Positions 32,689 through 42,470 of a DNA stretch of 64,000 nt are shown here, piece by piece. The position numbers and the translations under genes were made by a program. Below the pieces are notes generated by a model. It saw only the letters and a program-made list of their open reading frames with translations, ran no database searches and was not told where the DNA came from. How positions within the stretch are numbered: the stretch's first letter is position 1; every line of letters begins with the position of its first letter. The DNA lies in the IMG/VR virus record IMGVR_UViG_3300017971_000190, positions 1-64,000 of that record; one strand, written 5' to 3'.

Positions 32689-35600
32689 ATGAGTGGACAG
32701 CAAAAGCCCCTTCGTTTTAACCCTAGTACAGGTAGTTTTACCAATTTTCAAGGGGATGACGTTCTTTGGCTGAATTATACGGAAAATACCGGCTACATAA
32801 CTCAGCTCCAAAAAAGTACTAACGACGTTTTTTCTATTAATAATAAAGGTGAGGTGGTAATTGATATTCAAGCCTCCTCTACAGAACCAGCTCTTAAAGT
32901 TGCAGGTCGTCCTACTGAAGCCAATATTTTAAATCTTTACGACAATACTGCTGGTGATGACTTACTTAGCCTTACCAAAACTGTAAACGGAAGTTCTTTT
33001 GCTGCGGATTTAATTACTAATAGCACCAACCACGCTGACTCCGAAGGTCTCCGGGTCACACATGATGTAAATAATGATACTCCTCTTGGGAAGGTGTTGG
33101 CTCTTGGTTATAGTAATACTGCTGGTAGCTGGGTAGAACAATTTAATTTTACTCCTGAAGGGGCCTTTACCCTTAACGATAATGGTGGAGCAGATATTCT
33201 CTGGACCAATGACGGTGGTGGGGACATTGGAGCTAGTGGCGCTACTCGTCCTGGAAATGTTTTTGCTGAGATTTCTGTTGTGGCTGGGGTTGCTACGACG
33301 CTTAAAGATAATTATTTTAATATTGGTCCTAATACTAGTGATGGAAATCGACAAATAAATGCCCTTCAAAACGGAACGGGTGATAGTGATAGTCCAGCCA
33401 TTAAATATGATCAATCTACACAAAAATGGCAGGTAAAGCAAACTGGTGGTGGTTCCTTTGTAGATATTAATACCGGAGCTGGTAACGATCTTGATCAAGC
33501 GTATGACGCTTTTGGTGGTGCTGGACAAGTAGATGTTGATGCAGGTACACTGACTTGGCAGTGCACCAGTCCTTATGATTTTTATATTAGGTCAAGCGCT
33601 TCTCGTTGGTTCTGGGCCGATAGTAGTGCAGACACTATCTATATGGAAACTACGTCAAATACTAATGGCTGGGGGAACATTGATATAAGAGCTAAAGGTA
33701 ATTATGGTAATGTTACTTTAGCAGCTGAAGGAGCCCTTAGCGGAGACGTTATATTTGACGCTCAAATTGGTATTCAAGGAACAGCTGGAAGTGGTATAAG
33801 TTTTAGTGCTGGTAGTGCATCTTCATTTTCTACTACAAGTGGAGCTATGACGGTTAGTACTGATACTGGTTTATTAACTGCGGAAGGTGCCAACGTTGAT
33901 ATTACCGCCGATGGCAGTACTGGAACTATTTCATTAGAGTGTAGTACAGTACACGACAGTGCAAATATCCTCTTTGCAGCTCATGGTAGTGGAGATATCC
34001 CGTTTAATTCATCTGTTCCTGGGCAAACTACTTTAGCTACATCTGCGCAAAATATTATCGGTGCTATTAATGAAGTAAACAGTGGTGGAGCAATTACATG
34101 GGATGATATTTATGCTAATTCTAATTCTTTAAATATAGATAGTTCAACATTAGTTTTTTCTCAAACAAGTACATCTGGGATAGGATTTAAGGTGGATCGC
34201 GCTTTAGGAAGCGCTAGCACAGATTCACCTATTATGCAGATATATAATATTCCTAATGTAAGTACCGATGACCAGCCTGGTTTCCAATCTTATTATAGAG
34301 ATGACTTGGGAATGGCTGGGGATACAGTCAAAACTATTGAAGCTGCTTTTGAATCTGCTTCTGGTGTAACTGGAGGTTCTGTAAAACTATTTAATACTAA
34401 ATTAACTCTCAATGCAGGGGATAGTGGCGGTACTTTTTATGGTTATTTTGCTGACGGTTCTACAACTGGTAGTTGGACAGCATATGGATTTTACGCTGAC
34501 TCAGATTGGGATTATGGTCTATATTCAGTATCGGATATTTTAGTCACTAAAACTGTATCAGGGGCACAATCTGAACAAGATTTTATAGGTTCTTCTGTTG
34601 TTAGTAGTGGAAGAAGTGACGCGGAACGAATTTCACTATTTCGTGGTGACGTTACAGATAATGCAGGAGACAGTGGTACAGAAGAATATGCTGGTATATA
34701 TCTTACTACAACTAACAACGGTTCCGGTTCCAAAATAGGTGTTTTGTTAGGTTCAGACTGGGATTATGGAATTTATAGCACTTCTGATGTTCGGGTACAT
34801 AAATCTTTAACTGGCAACCAACCAGAGCAAAACTTTATTCTATCTTCTATTACTAGTACTGGATCCGGAAGATCAGACGCCGAAAATATTAGTTTATTTA
34901 AAGCAGACATTACAGACAATGCAAGTGATAGTGCTTCAGCAGAGTATACTGCTGTTTATTTAGACACAACTGACCTTGGTAGTGCTGCAAAATGGGGATT
35001 GAGGGTTAACAGTGGATTTGACTTAGGCGTAACCTCTGCGTCCCCTGGACGATTTAGTTTAAGTCAGCTTACTGCTTCTGTTGATGCTTTCACAGTAAGT
35101 CTTTCTTCTGGTGGAATGTCTAGCACTCTAGTCAAAGGTGTTAAATCTATTTATTCTGGTGATGCAGGAGATGCTGGTACAGCAGTTATTTACGGTTTCT
35201 CTGCTGAAGCCGATACAGTTGGAAGTGCTTCTAAGTATGCTTTTTATAGCGATGCTAATTGGGCGTACAGTTTTTACGGATTGTCTCCTTCTTTAATTTC
35301 TGTAACCCCTACTGCAGCTGCTGGAGGAGCGTACATTGTTTCTTCCAGTAGTTACAGTGCTGCTTCTGCTGCATTAGGCGCTAGCGATATTGTCAGTGTA
35401 AGTAAATCAACTATTACACCAAATGCCGGTGATAATGGTGCAGCTAAATATTATGGATTCCATGCTGCTGGGTCCGGTACTGGTAATGCTACTAAATACG
35501 GGTTTTATGCTGATGCAAATTGGGATTATGGTCTATATTTTGAATCTCCAACAAACGTAACAACAACTCCTAGTTCTGCTCCAGGGGGGACATATATTAC

Positions 35601-37305
35601 CAGCAATAGTACATATAATGCAAATTCTGCTGCACTTGGATTAGGAGATATTGTTAAAGTAATTAATACATCAATTGCAGCAAATGCTGGTGATAATGCT
35701 TCCTCAATTTACTATGGACTTTACGCAGAAGGTAGTACAACAGGAAGTGCGTATAAAGCAGGAGTATTTGTCGATTCTAATTGGAATGCTGGTATTTATG
35801 CAACCAGTCCAGTAATTGTTAGTACAGAAGCAGCAAGTGGAGTTGGATCCACTGGACATTGGTCAACATATAGTAGAATAGCTCCAGCTACTACCTTAGC
35901 TAGTAATGATGAAGTTTCAGCCTTCACTGCTGATATAAACGATGACTCTGGTGATGCTGGAGCATTCTATTATGGCCTTTATGTTAAATGTAGTGGAGAT
36001 GCTGGAGCAGCTTCAAAAAGAGGAATTTATTTTGATACTAATTGGCCGAGTGATCATCATGCTACTTGGATTAACTCTGGTTTGCATTATTGGGCAGAAG
36101 ATTTTGGAACCGTCACATCAAATACAGATCATTTAGACGTAAATCTCAGCGGTCTTTTAAATTCTTCAATTGATGGTCGTTGTATTAATTTAGATATTAC
36201 TCCTGATTCAGGGCAATCTGATGGTAGTAGTTGGTATGGTGTTAGAGCCAATATGGTAAATGCCAATGCTAACGATGCTGTTGGGTCTTTTGCTTTTCAT
36301 GCTAATGATAATTGGCATTATGGTCTTTATGTAGGAAATGATCTTAGTAAACAACAAGCTCCTAATGAGGGGACGGTCCACGTTGAATCCACGTCTAGTT
36401 CGCTGATAGCTAGTGGGGATTACTATGGGTATAGTTATTACCACACCAGACATGTTTCTGATACAGGAGGAAATCTTAGTTGTTTCTATGCTCAAGCTAA
36501 TACTGCTGTAGCAATTGGGAGCACACTAACACTTACTGGAATAGAAGTTGGGGATAATCTGAACTATGGTATAACTACTGGAGCCGAAACTAATATTTTT
36601 GCAAGAGGAGCGTCTGATTGGACTAGTTCCATATTACCTGTTGTAGCTATCGGTAGTTCTAATTCAAGTAACACTGCTGCTAGTCTTTATGTTGGTAATG
36701 CGTCTACTAGTGCAGCTGGCAAATGTCTCGAAATTGATCATAGTTATGACGGAGGTAATACTCAAGATACTAAACGAGCTGTTATTCTTTCTAATACAAG
36801 TCGTAATAGGAGATCTGTTGATATAGATTTATGGCAGTCACTAATAGCTGACGGAACTAGTTATTCTGACTACTATATGAATAGTAGCAGCACTGGAGGA
36901 ACAGCACATAGATGGAGAACCAATGCTGGAGATCCTTTTAATAAAGTACTCCATATTCCGCTTTTACTTCCACATGCTAGTACACTACAAAATGTAATAT
37001 TTTTGTTCGATGAATATAATGGGAACTCAGCTACTGAGAGTGAACGTCCTTTCCTGCAAATATTTAAGCAAGCAGTAAATAGCCCTAGTGCTACTCAATT
37101 AGGATCTACCACCTATGTAGCGTATAGTACTGGTACTGAAAGCTTGACTATTACTATTAGCAGTCTCAATGAAACAGTGGATAACACTTCTTACACATAT
37201 TTTGCCAGATTTACGAGTGGAGACAATACGCATGGAGCCATATTTGGAAATGGGTGTCAATATGATTATGACATCACAGATTTAGGGGCAGCACCTGGAC
37301 TGTAG
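32689..37305 (+). CDS. Long tail fibre/adhesin-like protein (1538 aa)
   Basis: S/G/T-rich; TSAQNIIGAINEV motif; repeated YG.YAD..WDYG.Y units. Confidence 0.8.
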   Translation: MSGQQKPLRFNPSTGSFTNFQGDDVLWLNYTENTGYITQLQKSTNDVFSINNKGEVVIDIQASSTEPALKVAGRPTEANILNLYDNTAGDDLLSLTKTVNGSSFAADLITNSTNHADSEGLRVTHDVNNDTPLGKVLALGYSNTAGSWVEQFNFTPEGAFTLNDNGGADILWTNDGGGDIGASGATRPGNVFAEISVVAGVATTLKDNYFNIGPNTSDGNRQINALQNGTGDSDSPAIKYDQSTQKWQVKQTGGGSFVDINTGAGNDLDQAYDAFGGAGQVDVDAGTLTWQCTSPYDFYIRSSASRWFWADSSADTIYMETTSNTNGWGNIDIRAKGNYGNVTLAAEGALSGDVIFDAQIGIQGTAGSGISFSAGSASSFSTTSGAMTVSTDTGLLTAEGANVDITADGSTGTISLECSTVHDSANILFAAHGSGDIPFNSSVPGQTTLATSAQNIIGAINEVNSGGAITWDDIYANSNSLNIDSSTLVFSQTSTSGIGFKVDRALGSASTDSPIMQIYNIPNVSTDDQPGFQSYYRDDLGMAGDTVKTIEAAFESASGVTGGSVKLFNTKLTLNAGDSGGTFYGYFADGSTTGSWTAYGFYADSDWDYGLYSVSDILVTKTVSGAQSEQDFIGSSVVSSGRSDAERISLFRGDVTDNAGDSGTEEYAGIYLTTTNNGSGSKIGVLLGSDWDYGIYSTSDVRVHKSLTGNQPEQNFILSSITSTGSGRSDAENISLFKADITDNASDSASAEYTAVYLDTTDLGSAAKWGLRVNSGFDLGVTSASPGRFSLSQLTASVDAFTVSLSSGGMSSTLVKGVKSIYSGDAGDAGTAVIYGFSAEADTVGSASKYAFYSDANWAYSFYGLSPSLISVTPTAAAGGAYIVSSSSYSAASAALGASDIVSVSKSTITPNAGDNGAAKYYGFHAAGSGTGNATKYGFYADANWDYGLYFESPTNVTTTPSSAPGGTYITSNSTYNANSAALGLGDIVKVINTSIAANAGDNASSIYYGLYAEGSTTGSAYKAGVFVDSNWNAGIYATSPVIVSTEAASGVGSTGHWSTYSRIAPATTLASNDEVSAFTADINDDSGDAGAFYYGLYVKCSGDAGAASKRGIYFDTNWPSDHHATWINSGLHYWAEDFGTVTSNTDHLDVNLSGLLNSSIDGRCINLDITPDSGQSDGSSWYGVRANMVNANANDAVGSFAFHANDNWHYGLYVGNDLSKQQAPNEGTVHVESTSSSLIASGDYYGYSYYHTRHVSDTGGNLSCFYAQANTAVAIGSTLTLTGIEVGDNLNYGITTGAETNIFARGASDWTSSILPVVAIGSSNSSNTAASLYVGNASTSAAGKCLEIDHSYDGGNTQDTKRAVILSNTSRNRRSVDIDLWQSLIADGTSYSDYYMNSSSTGGTAHRWRTNAGDPFNKVLHIPLLLPHASTLQNVIFLFDEYNGNSATESERPFLQIFKQAVNSPSATQLGSTTYVAYSTGTESLTITISSLNETVDNTSYTYFARFTSGDNTHGAIFGNGCQYDYDITDLGAAPGL

Positions 37306-37315
37306 GAGTAATTCA

Positions 37316-37810
37316 ATGCTAATAGACAGAACAACAGCAAATACACTTATAAAACAAAGTCTCGTAGTTCTAGATTTAAAAGGTAAAGTATGTAAAGACG
37401 TAAAGACTTTTGACACTAGTAATATGGAAATTGTATTTGGAGATTTAAGTACTGATACCGGAAGCGAGTTCTATTTTGTGGTAGCTAATGATGCTGATAA
37501 AAATGATTTAGAAGGTCAAATAGATACATCTATACATTTTTCTATAATTGTAAATGAAAATGGTCCTCCTAAAAGGTCTTTAGATGAAACTGATACAGCA
37601 GAATTTTTAAGTGTTATATCAAAAATAGAAAGTACCATATGTCAGTGTTCAAACTGTGATACTAATTTTTTGGTGCACGTGGACTCACAACGAAATGTGT
37701 GGGTGATGGATAAACCAAATGCATCTGATACATTTTTTACTATGACAAAAGTTACTGGTTCGTTAAACTGTGATAACTGTGGTTCGGCTATCACAGTTTT
37801 ATTTCCTTAG
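37316..37810 (+). CDS. Hypothetical protein with C-terminal Zn ribbon
   Basis: SD aggag; CxCxxC..CxxC. Confidence 0.7.
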   Translation: MLIDRTTANTLIKQSLVVLDLKGKVCKDVKTFDTSNMEIVFGDLSTDTGSEFYFVVANDADKNDLEGQIDTSIHFSIIVNENGPPKRSLDETDTAEFLSVISKIESTICQCSNCDTNFLVHVDSQRNVWVMDKPNASDTFFTMTKVTGSLNCDNCGSAITVLFP

Positions 37811-37857
37811 TTTGTAAATACCTTATAGTTGAAGACAAACAAAACAGGAGAAAAACC

Positions 37858-38637
37858 ATGAAAAAACTTAGTATATGTCTTCTAGTATCCATCTTTATTT
37901 TAATGTTTGGTGTCGTTGCAGTTAATGCTCAATCAGTTATGACACCACCTAAAACTACGGGTATGAAAGCGGTTCCAGTAATGAAATCAGCTCCTCGTCC
38001 TGTTGTGATGAGAGCAATTTCAAAACCAAAGCCGAAGGTTATGAAGCCTGTTCCAAAACCGGTTGCTCCGGTGGCTGTCGCTGCGATGCCAGTCCCGTCA
38101 ATGGTTGCTGTTCCGGCCACTCAACCAGCAGCCAGGCTATCGGATACAAAACCCGATGCCAAGCCTACCGTAAAAGCTGCGCCTGTTGAAAAACAAGACA
38201 ACTGGTGGCAAACTTTACTTGGTGGATTGATTAATATTGCACTTCTTTTTGTTCTTGGTATTTTGACAGTACTAGGTAAATTCTTTATTCAATGGTTAGC
38301 TACTAAAGTTAAAATATCAGATCATGAAAAAGTTGCTGCTATGCAAGGGCTTTATACTTCAGCAATTGAAATGGGGGTTAATTTTGCTACCCAAAAAGCT
38401 AATCAACTAAATAATAATCCTGATGCAAAAAGCCAGCGTATTAAATGGGCTACAGATAAAGCTACGGAAATGATTAAAGCCTTTAACCTTCCAGAAAAAA
38501 CAGCTGGTTGGATAGAAGATGCTATTGAAGCCAAGCTTGGAGAAAAAAATGGTACAAAAACTGTAGAATCTGAAGATGCTGAAAAACCCGCAAAAGAAAA
38601 GTCTGAAGAAAAAGCAAAAGATAACGACAACAGCTAA
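37858..38637 (+). CDS. Exported/membrane protein with Pro-rich linker (holin-like candidate)
   Basis: Signal peptide, P/A/K-rich linker, internal TM helix. Confidence 0.6.
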   Translation: MKKLSICLLVSIFILMFGVVAVNAQSVMTPPKTTGMKAVPVMKSAPRPVVMRAISKPKPKVMKPVPKPVAPVAVAAMPVPSMVAVPATQPAARLSDTKPDAKPTVKAAPVEKQDNWWQTLLGGLINIALLFVLGILTVLGKFFIQWLATKVKISDHEKVAAMQGLYTSAIEMGVNFATQKANQLNNNPDAKSQRIKWATDKATEMIKAFNLPEKTAGWIEDAIEAKLGEKNGTKTVESEDAEKPAKEKSEEKAKDNDNS

Positions 38638-38670
38638 ACATTTTTGCTAATTATTAATTAGGAGTCAGTC

Positions 38671-39084
38671 ATGCCAGATGTAATCCCACCTCTTCCTGAA
38701 AAACAAAAAGAAGTAAAAAATACCGTATCTTCTGGGGAAGATAAAAAGACGGTAGAAATACCTAAAGAGTTAAAAGAGGATCTGAAGAAAGAAACAGGAT
38801 CTCTTTGGAAAAAAGCACTGTGGTGGGTCTTAGGTATTTTAGGAGTAGTTGGTTCTATTATTGGTATTGTTTGTTTGCTTAAGGAAAAAGGACCACTTAG
38901 TGCTGCTGAAGATGTAATTAAAATTAGTAAAAGAGAAATTGCAAAAAGTGATATTGAAGCTAAAATAAAATTAGCAGAAGCAAAAAAAGCTGAGACAGAA
39001 GTCATAGTGAAGCTTAAAAAAATCAAGGAAGAAAAAGATGAAGTCAAAGCTCTTGAAGAACTCAACAAGTTGTTGGGGCCGTGA
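38671..39084 (+). CDS. Membrane-anchored coiled-coil protein (i-spanin-like)
   Basis: One TM helix followed by a charged coiled coil. Confidence 0.5.
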   Translation: MPDVIPPLPEKQKEVKNTVSSGEDKKTVEIPKELKEDLKKETGSLWKKALWWVLGILGVVGSIIGIVCLLKEKGPLSAAEDVIKISKREIAKSDIEAKIKLAEAKKAETEVIVKLKKIKEEKDEVKALEELNKLLGP

Positions 39085-39637
39085 GTTAAAAAAGCTCAAT
39101 ACTAATCTAACTCCGTTTGTTTTAATTATAATTGGGCTGTTTATAACAGGGATAAGTTTACTTTTTAGTGGGTGCCTTAAAATTCCGTCGATTAAAACAT
39201 ATGAACAAGCTAAAAAAGAAGTAGAAGCTAAAGGTTCCCAAGTTACACCCCCCATTGAAATCAGAGAAAGTTATAAACCAGGGCAGTCTAAAGTAATCCC
39301 TAAAGATTCTACAGCCCCTTATAATGGTATTTTGATTGATAAAGATAGAGCTACTTATTTGGCTGCTATTAAAGCAGAAAGAGATCGGCGTAGATCTGAG
39401 TTGGAAACAACTTTGAAAAAAGCTGCTATTGACAAATTAATTTACGATAGCACCCTCGAAAACATTAAAGCACGTGCGAATTATATGAAATGGTGGCACG
39501 ATAACAAAGGTTGGATTGGTTTCGTTTTAGGAGGAACTTTAATTGGTGGACTCGTGGTAGGTATAGTTTATGCTTTAACAAATGGTAAGGGAGTGAATGC
39601 ATCTACCAACACAATGGTTCTACAATCTATCAAGTAG
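39038..39637 (+). CDS. Putative lipoprotein (spanin-like)
   Basis: Lipobox-like LFSGC; overlaps the previous gene; C-terminal TM helix. Confidence 0.5.
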   Translation: MKSKLLKNSTSCWGRELKKLNTNLTPFVLIIIGLFITGISLLFSGCLKIPSIKTYEQAKKEVEAKGSQVTPPIEIRESYKPGQSKVIPKDSTAPYNGILIDKDRATYLAAIKAERDRRRSELETTLKKAAIDKLIYDSTLENIKARANYMKWWHDNKGWIGFVLGGTLIGGLVVGIVYALTNGKGVNASTNTMVLQSIK

Positions 39638-39720
39638 AAAGAGTTTAATTATAGAACTTTGTGTGTGGTTTATAGCAACTATACTTTTAGGGATAGCTGT
39701 TTACTTTTTGGAGCGGTAAA

Positions 39721-39921
39721 ATGGACTCTGTAGATCTTAATTGGAAAATGTGTTGTAGGGGTAGCGGTAATTGTCCCGAAGTAAGTGTGACCAGTATTAA
39801 AGAAATTATTACTGTTTTTATTAAAGACGATGCTGGGGACTCTGTAAGACTAACTTTAGACCAATTAGACTCAATAAATATCCAAGTTGCATCTATCATT
39901 CCTCACTATTTCTCTAAATAA
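39721..39921 (+). CDS. Hypothetical protein
   Basis: SD ggag. Confidence 0.55.
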   Translation: MDSVDLNWKMCCRGSGNCPEVSVTSIKEIITVFIKDDAGDSVRLTLDQLDSINIQVASIIPHYFSK

Positions 39922-40342
39922 GATGATTAATCCGTTAACCCAATTGCTAACCTTTCTTTGGTTTTCTTTTTTCTGCTTCGGTTTTGCAGTTTTATTGGCT
40001 GATGCCCATATTCTCGGTTGTAATGTTTACGACTATGAAGAAAAAGGCTCTCGTATAGCACGACATATTGGAATTATTCCGGTAAGATGTTACTTATTTC
40101 ACTTTAAGTTTTTTAGAGAGCTTTTTCGTTGTTATTTTTGTACTGGAGTTTGGTGTGGAGTTTTAACTCATGTACTATTTCGTGATTTTTATGGGGAAGT
40201 GTATTGGCTCTGGCACGAATCCACTCCATTAAAATGGTTTGAAGGTATTTTAATTGCCGCAATTAGTGGGGCTTTTATTTGTTATGGAATAGACCTCATT
40301 TTTAAATGTTTAGAACGTTACAGTACCAGTTTGGAAGATTAA
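39887..40342 (+). CDS. Membrane protein with CYFC motif
   Basis: About 3 TM helices; start probably ATG ~39923. Confidence 0.65.
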   Translation: MHLSFLTISLNKMINPLTQLLTFLWFSFFCFGFAVLLADAHILGCNVYDYEEKGSRIARHIGIIPVRCYLFHFKFFRELFRCYFCTGVWCGVLTHVLFRDFYGEVYWLWHESTPLKWFEGILIAAISGAFICYGIDLIFKCLERYSTSLED

Positions 40343-40345
40343 AAA

Positions 40346-42460
40346 TTGCCTAGTTTTCTCCGTACAGTTGAAGATGTCATAACGCGCCAGATGTACACTG
40401 GTGCGCAAATGCACATTGTGCCTCGTGGACTTGTGTATCCACTTGATATTGGGGGTTTAGGAAAAGTTAGATTTGGTAAAAAAGTGGGAAATTTACTCCC
40501 ACTTTTAACACCAGACAACAGTTATGAACTAGTAGAAGATGCAATTTATTTGACTGATAGTTTAGTAGTGGAACGTAATCCTATGTGGATAGATGTTGGG
40601 GGTTATGTTTACGTAGCAGAAAGGGAATTACACAAAGTTGATGACGTTGTAGACGACACAATCTATATTGAAGGAAAATTACTGGCAGATCATGTTACAG
40701 GACAGAGAGTTTATCATTATAGCAATCCAATTAAAATAGAGGGAAGCTATGATGTTGGTCAAGATGTTATTGTTGTAGATAGTTCTTATTTTATGGTCAG
40801 AGGTGATGTTATTTCCATTCCTAAAGCTACTGTAGGAGTGGACGTTACAATTACCACCTTTGTTGATTATAAAGTAATTGATCTTTTAGGGGTAAGTGTA
40901 GTTAACGGAATTTATCAATACCAATTAACTTTAGACAGAAGATTGGTACATGCTTTAGCTGATGAAACAATTGTGCAATTAAAAGCCAATTTAGCATACC
41001 AATCTAAAATACTGAATGTTCCTTCTACAAGCGGCTTTCAACGAAGAGTTAGTGGTCCTTTTGTTGTAGATTGGGTTAGTGCTCCTCTTCGTAATAAATT
41101 AGAGCTGGACGAGACTCAAACACTTTATCTTTACACTACTGCAAGATCTCAGCTTGAAGATCCTCGCGTTGTTGAAAAAAATAGCGTTATTTTGAGAGAA
41201 CCTATTAGAGCAGATCAATTTCTTTTTTGGGATAAAGTTGATGGAGGGATTAACTATGATAATGGTCTAAAAAGATTTGTTATGTTACCAAATAAAAATG
41301 GTGAATGGAGAATTAAACATAAGTGTGTACCATTGTTAGATCCTCCTTCAAAAACTGCTACTGGTGTTATTGCAACAGTAGATCCAGGATTGTTAAATAA
41401 CAATGAAGGTTTTATTTTAGATGATAGCGAAGATACAGTTATTTTTGAATATGAAGTAAATGGTGCATATGTTCCTACACCTAGTTCAGCGGCTTCTGGT
41501 TCTATTAGTGTTGGAGGTATGCCTACAAATAATCAATGGATACAATTGGACGATGGATTTGGGACCATACTGCAATTTGAGTTTAAAGTCAACTCATCTT
41601 TTTCTCATACTATAGGATTTTATACGCTTGACGTTTCTAGTGCTGTTGTGCCTACAGATGTAGCAATTTTAATTCAAGAATTTATTAACAATTTGAGTGG
41701 TTTTCAGATAACAGCTATAGCGGCTGGAATTCTTATTAATTTAAATCATGAACATGTAAGTACACGAGGAAATAAACTTGTTGTTCTTGACGGGACTTTA
41801 GTTGGTTGGCTTGCTACCGGAATGAGTGGTGGTACAGATGATGTTAAAACAATAGACATAACAGCTGCTACTACAGATATGGAAGTTGCTCAACTTACTA
41901 GTGCAGCAATTAATTCTCAACAAATGTATATTAAAGCAGATTGGCCTGTGTTAGTTCCTAGTATGCTTCTAACAACGTCTATTGAAGGTATAGCTGCAAA
42001 TAAACCTATTGTTAAAAATGTAGCTGCACCTGGTTTTTCTGTGTCAGGAATGAGTGGTGGTTATGGTGGAATGCAATGGAATGTCTCTATTAAGCCTATT
42101 ACAGATGCCCTTTTCAGAATCCGGTTTTATCCGAACGATTGGACAAGTTATAATCTAACAGGTGGAGTTGATAATAATATTTCTGTATTTATTGATGCGA
42201 ATGATGACCCTGTTGAAATGATTGATATGTTAATTTCTACAGATCCACACAGTGAAGTTCTAATGAAAGAATGGGCTTTAACTGGGCCTAGAGTAGGCGC
42301 ACTTAAATATGAGTATGTAGCTCGTCATTTTGGTGCCTACGATTTTGTTAGTACAACTCTTTTATTGAAACAAATGTTTCAAAGCATTGATGACGTTGCC
42401 TCTATACATGATGCAGGATTTGCTCTTGATAGCGGTTTCGTTAAAGCAGGTAATCCTTAA
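40346..42460 (+). CDS. Putative virion structural protein (704 aa)
   Basis: Large beta-rich ORF with internal duplicated GF.LDD..T..FEF..N units. Confidence 0.7.
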   Translation: MPSFLRTVEDVITRQMYTGAQMHIVPRGLVYPLDIGGLGKVRFGKKVGNLLPLLTPDNSYELVEDAIYLTDSLVVERNPMWIDVGGYVYVAERELHKVDDVVDDTIYIEGKLLADHVTGQRVYHYSNPIKIEGSYDVGQDVIVVDSSYFMVRGDVISIPKATVGVDVTITTFVDYKVIDLLGVSVVNGIYQYQLTLDRRLVHALADETIVQLKANLAYQSKILNVPSTSGFQRRVSGPFVVDWVSAPLRNKLELDETQTLYLYTTARSQLEDPRVVEKNSVILREPIRADQFLFWDKVDGGINYDNGLKRFVMLPNKNGEWRIKHKCVPLLDPPSKTATGVIATVDPGLLNNNEGFILDDSEDTVIFEYEVNGAYVPTPSSAASGSISVGGMPTNNQWIQLDDGFGTILQFEFKVNSSFSHTIGFYTLDVSSAVVPTDVAILIQEFINNLSGFQITAIAAGILINLNHEHVSTRGNKLVVLDGTLVGWLATGMSGGTDDVKTIDITAATTDMEVAQLTSAAINSQQMYIKADWPVLVPSMLLTTSIEGIAANKPIVKNVAAPGFSVSGMSGGYGGMQWNVSIKPITDALFRIRFYPNDWTSYNLTGGVDNNISVFIDANDDPVEMIDMLISTDPHSEVLMKEWALTGPRVGALKYEYVARHFGAYDFVSTTLLLKQMFQSIDDVASIHDAGFALDSGFVKAGNP

Positions 42461-42470
42461 GGTGATTTAG

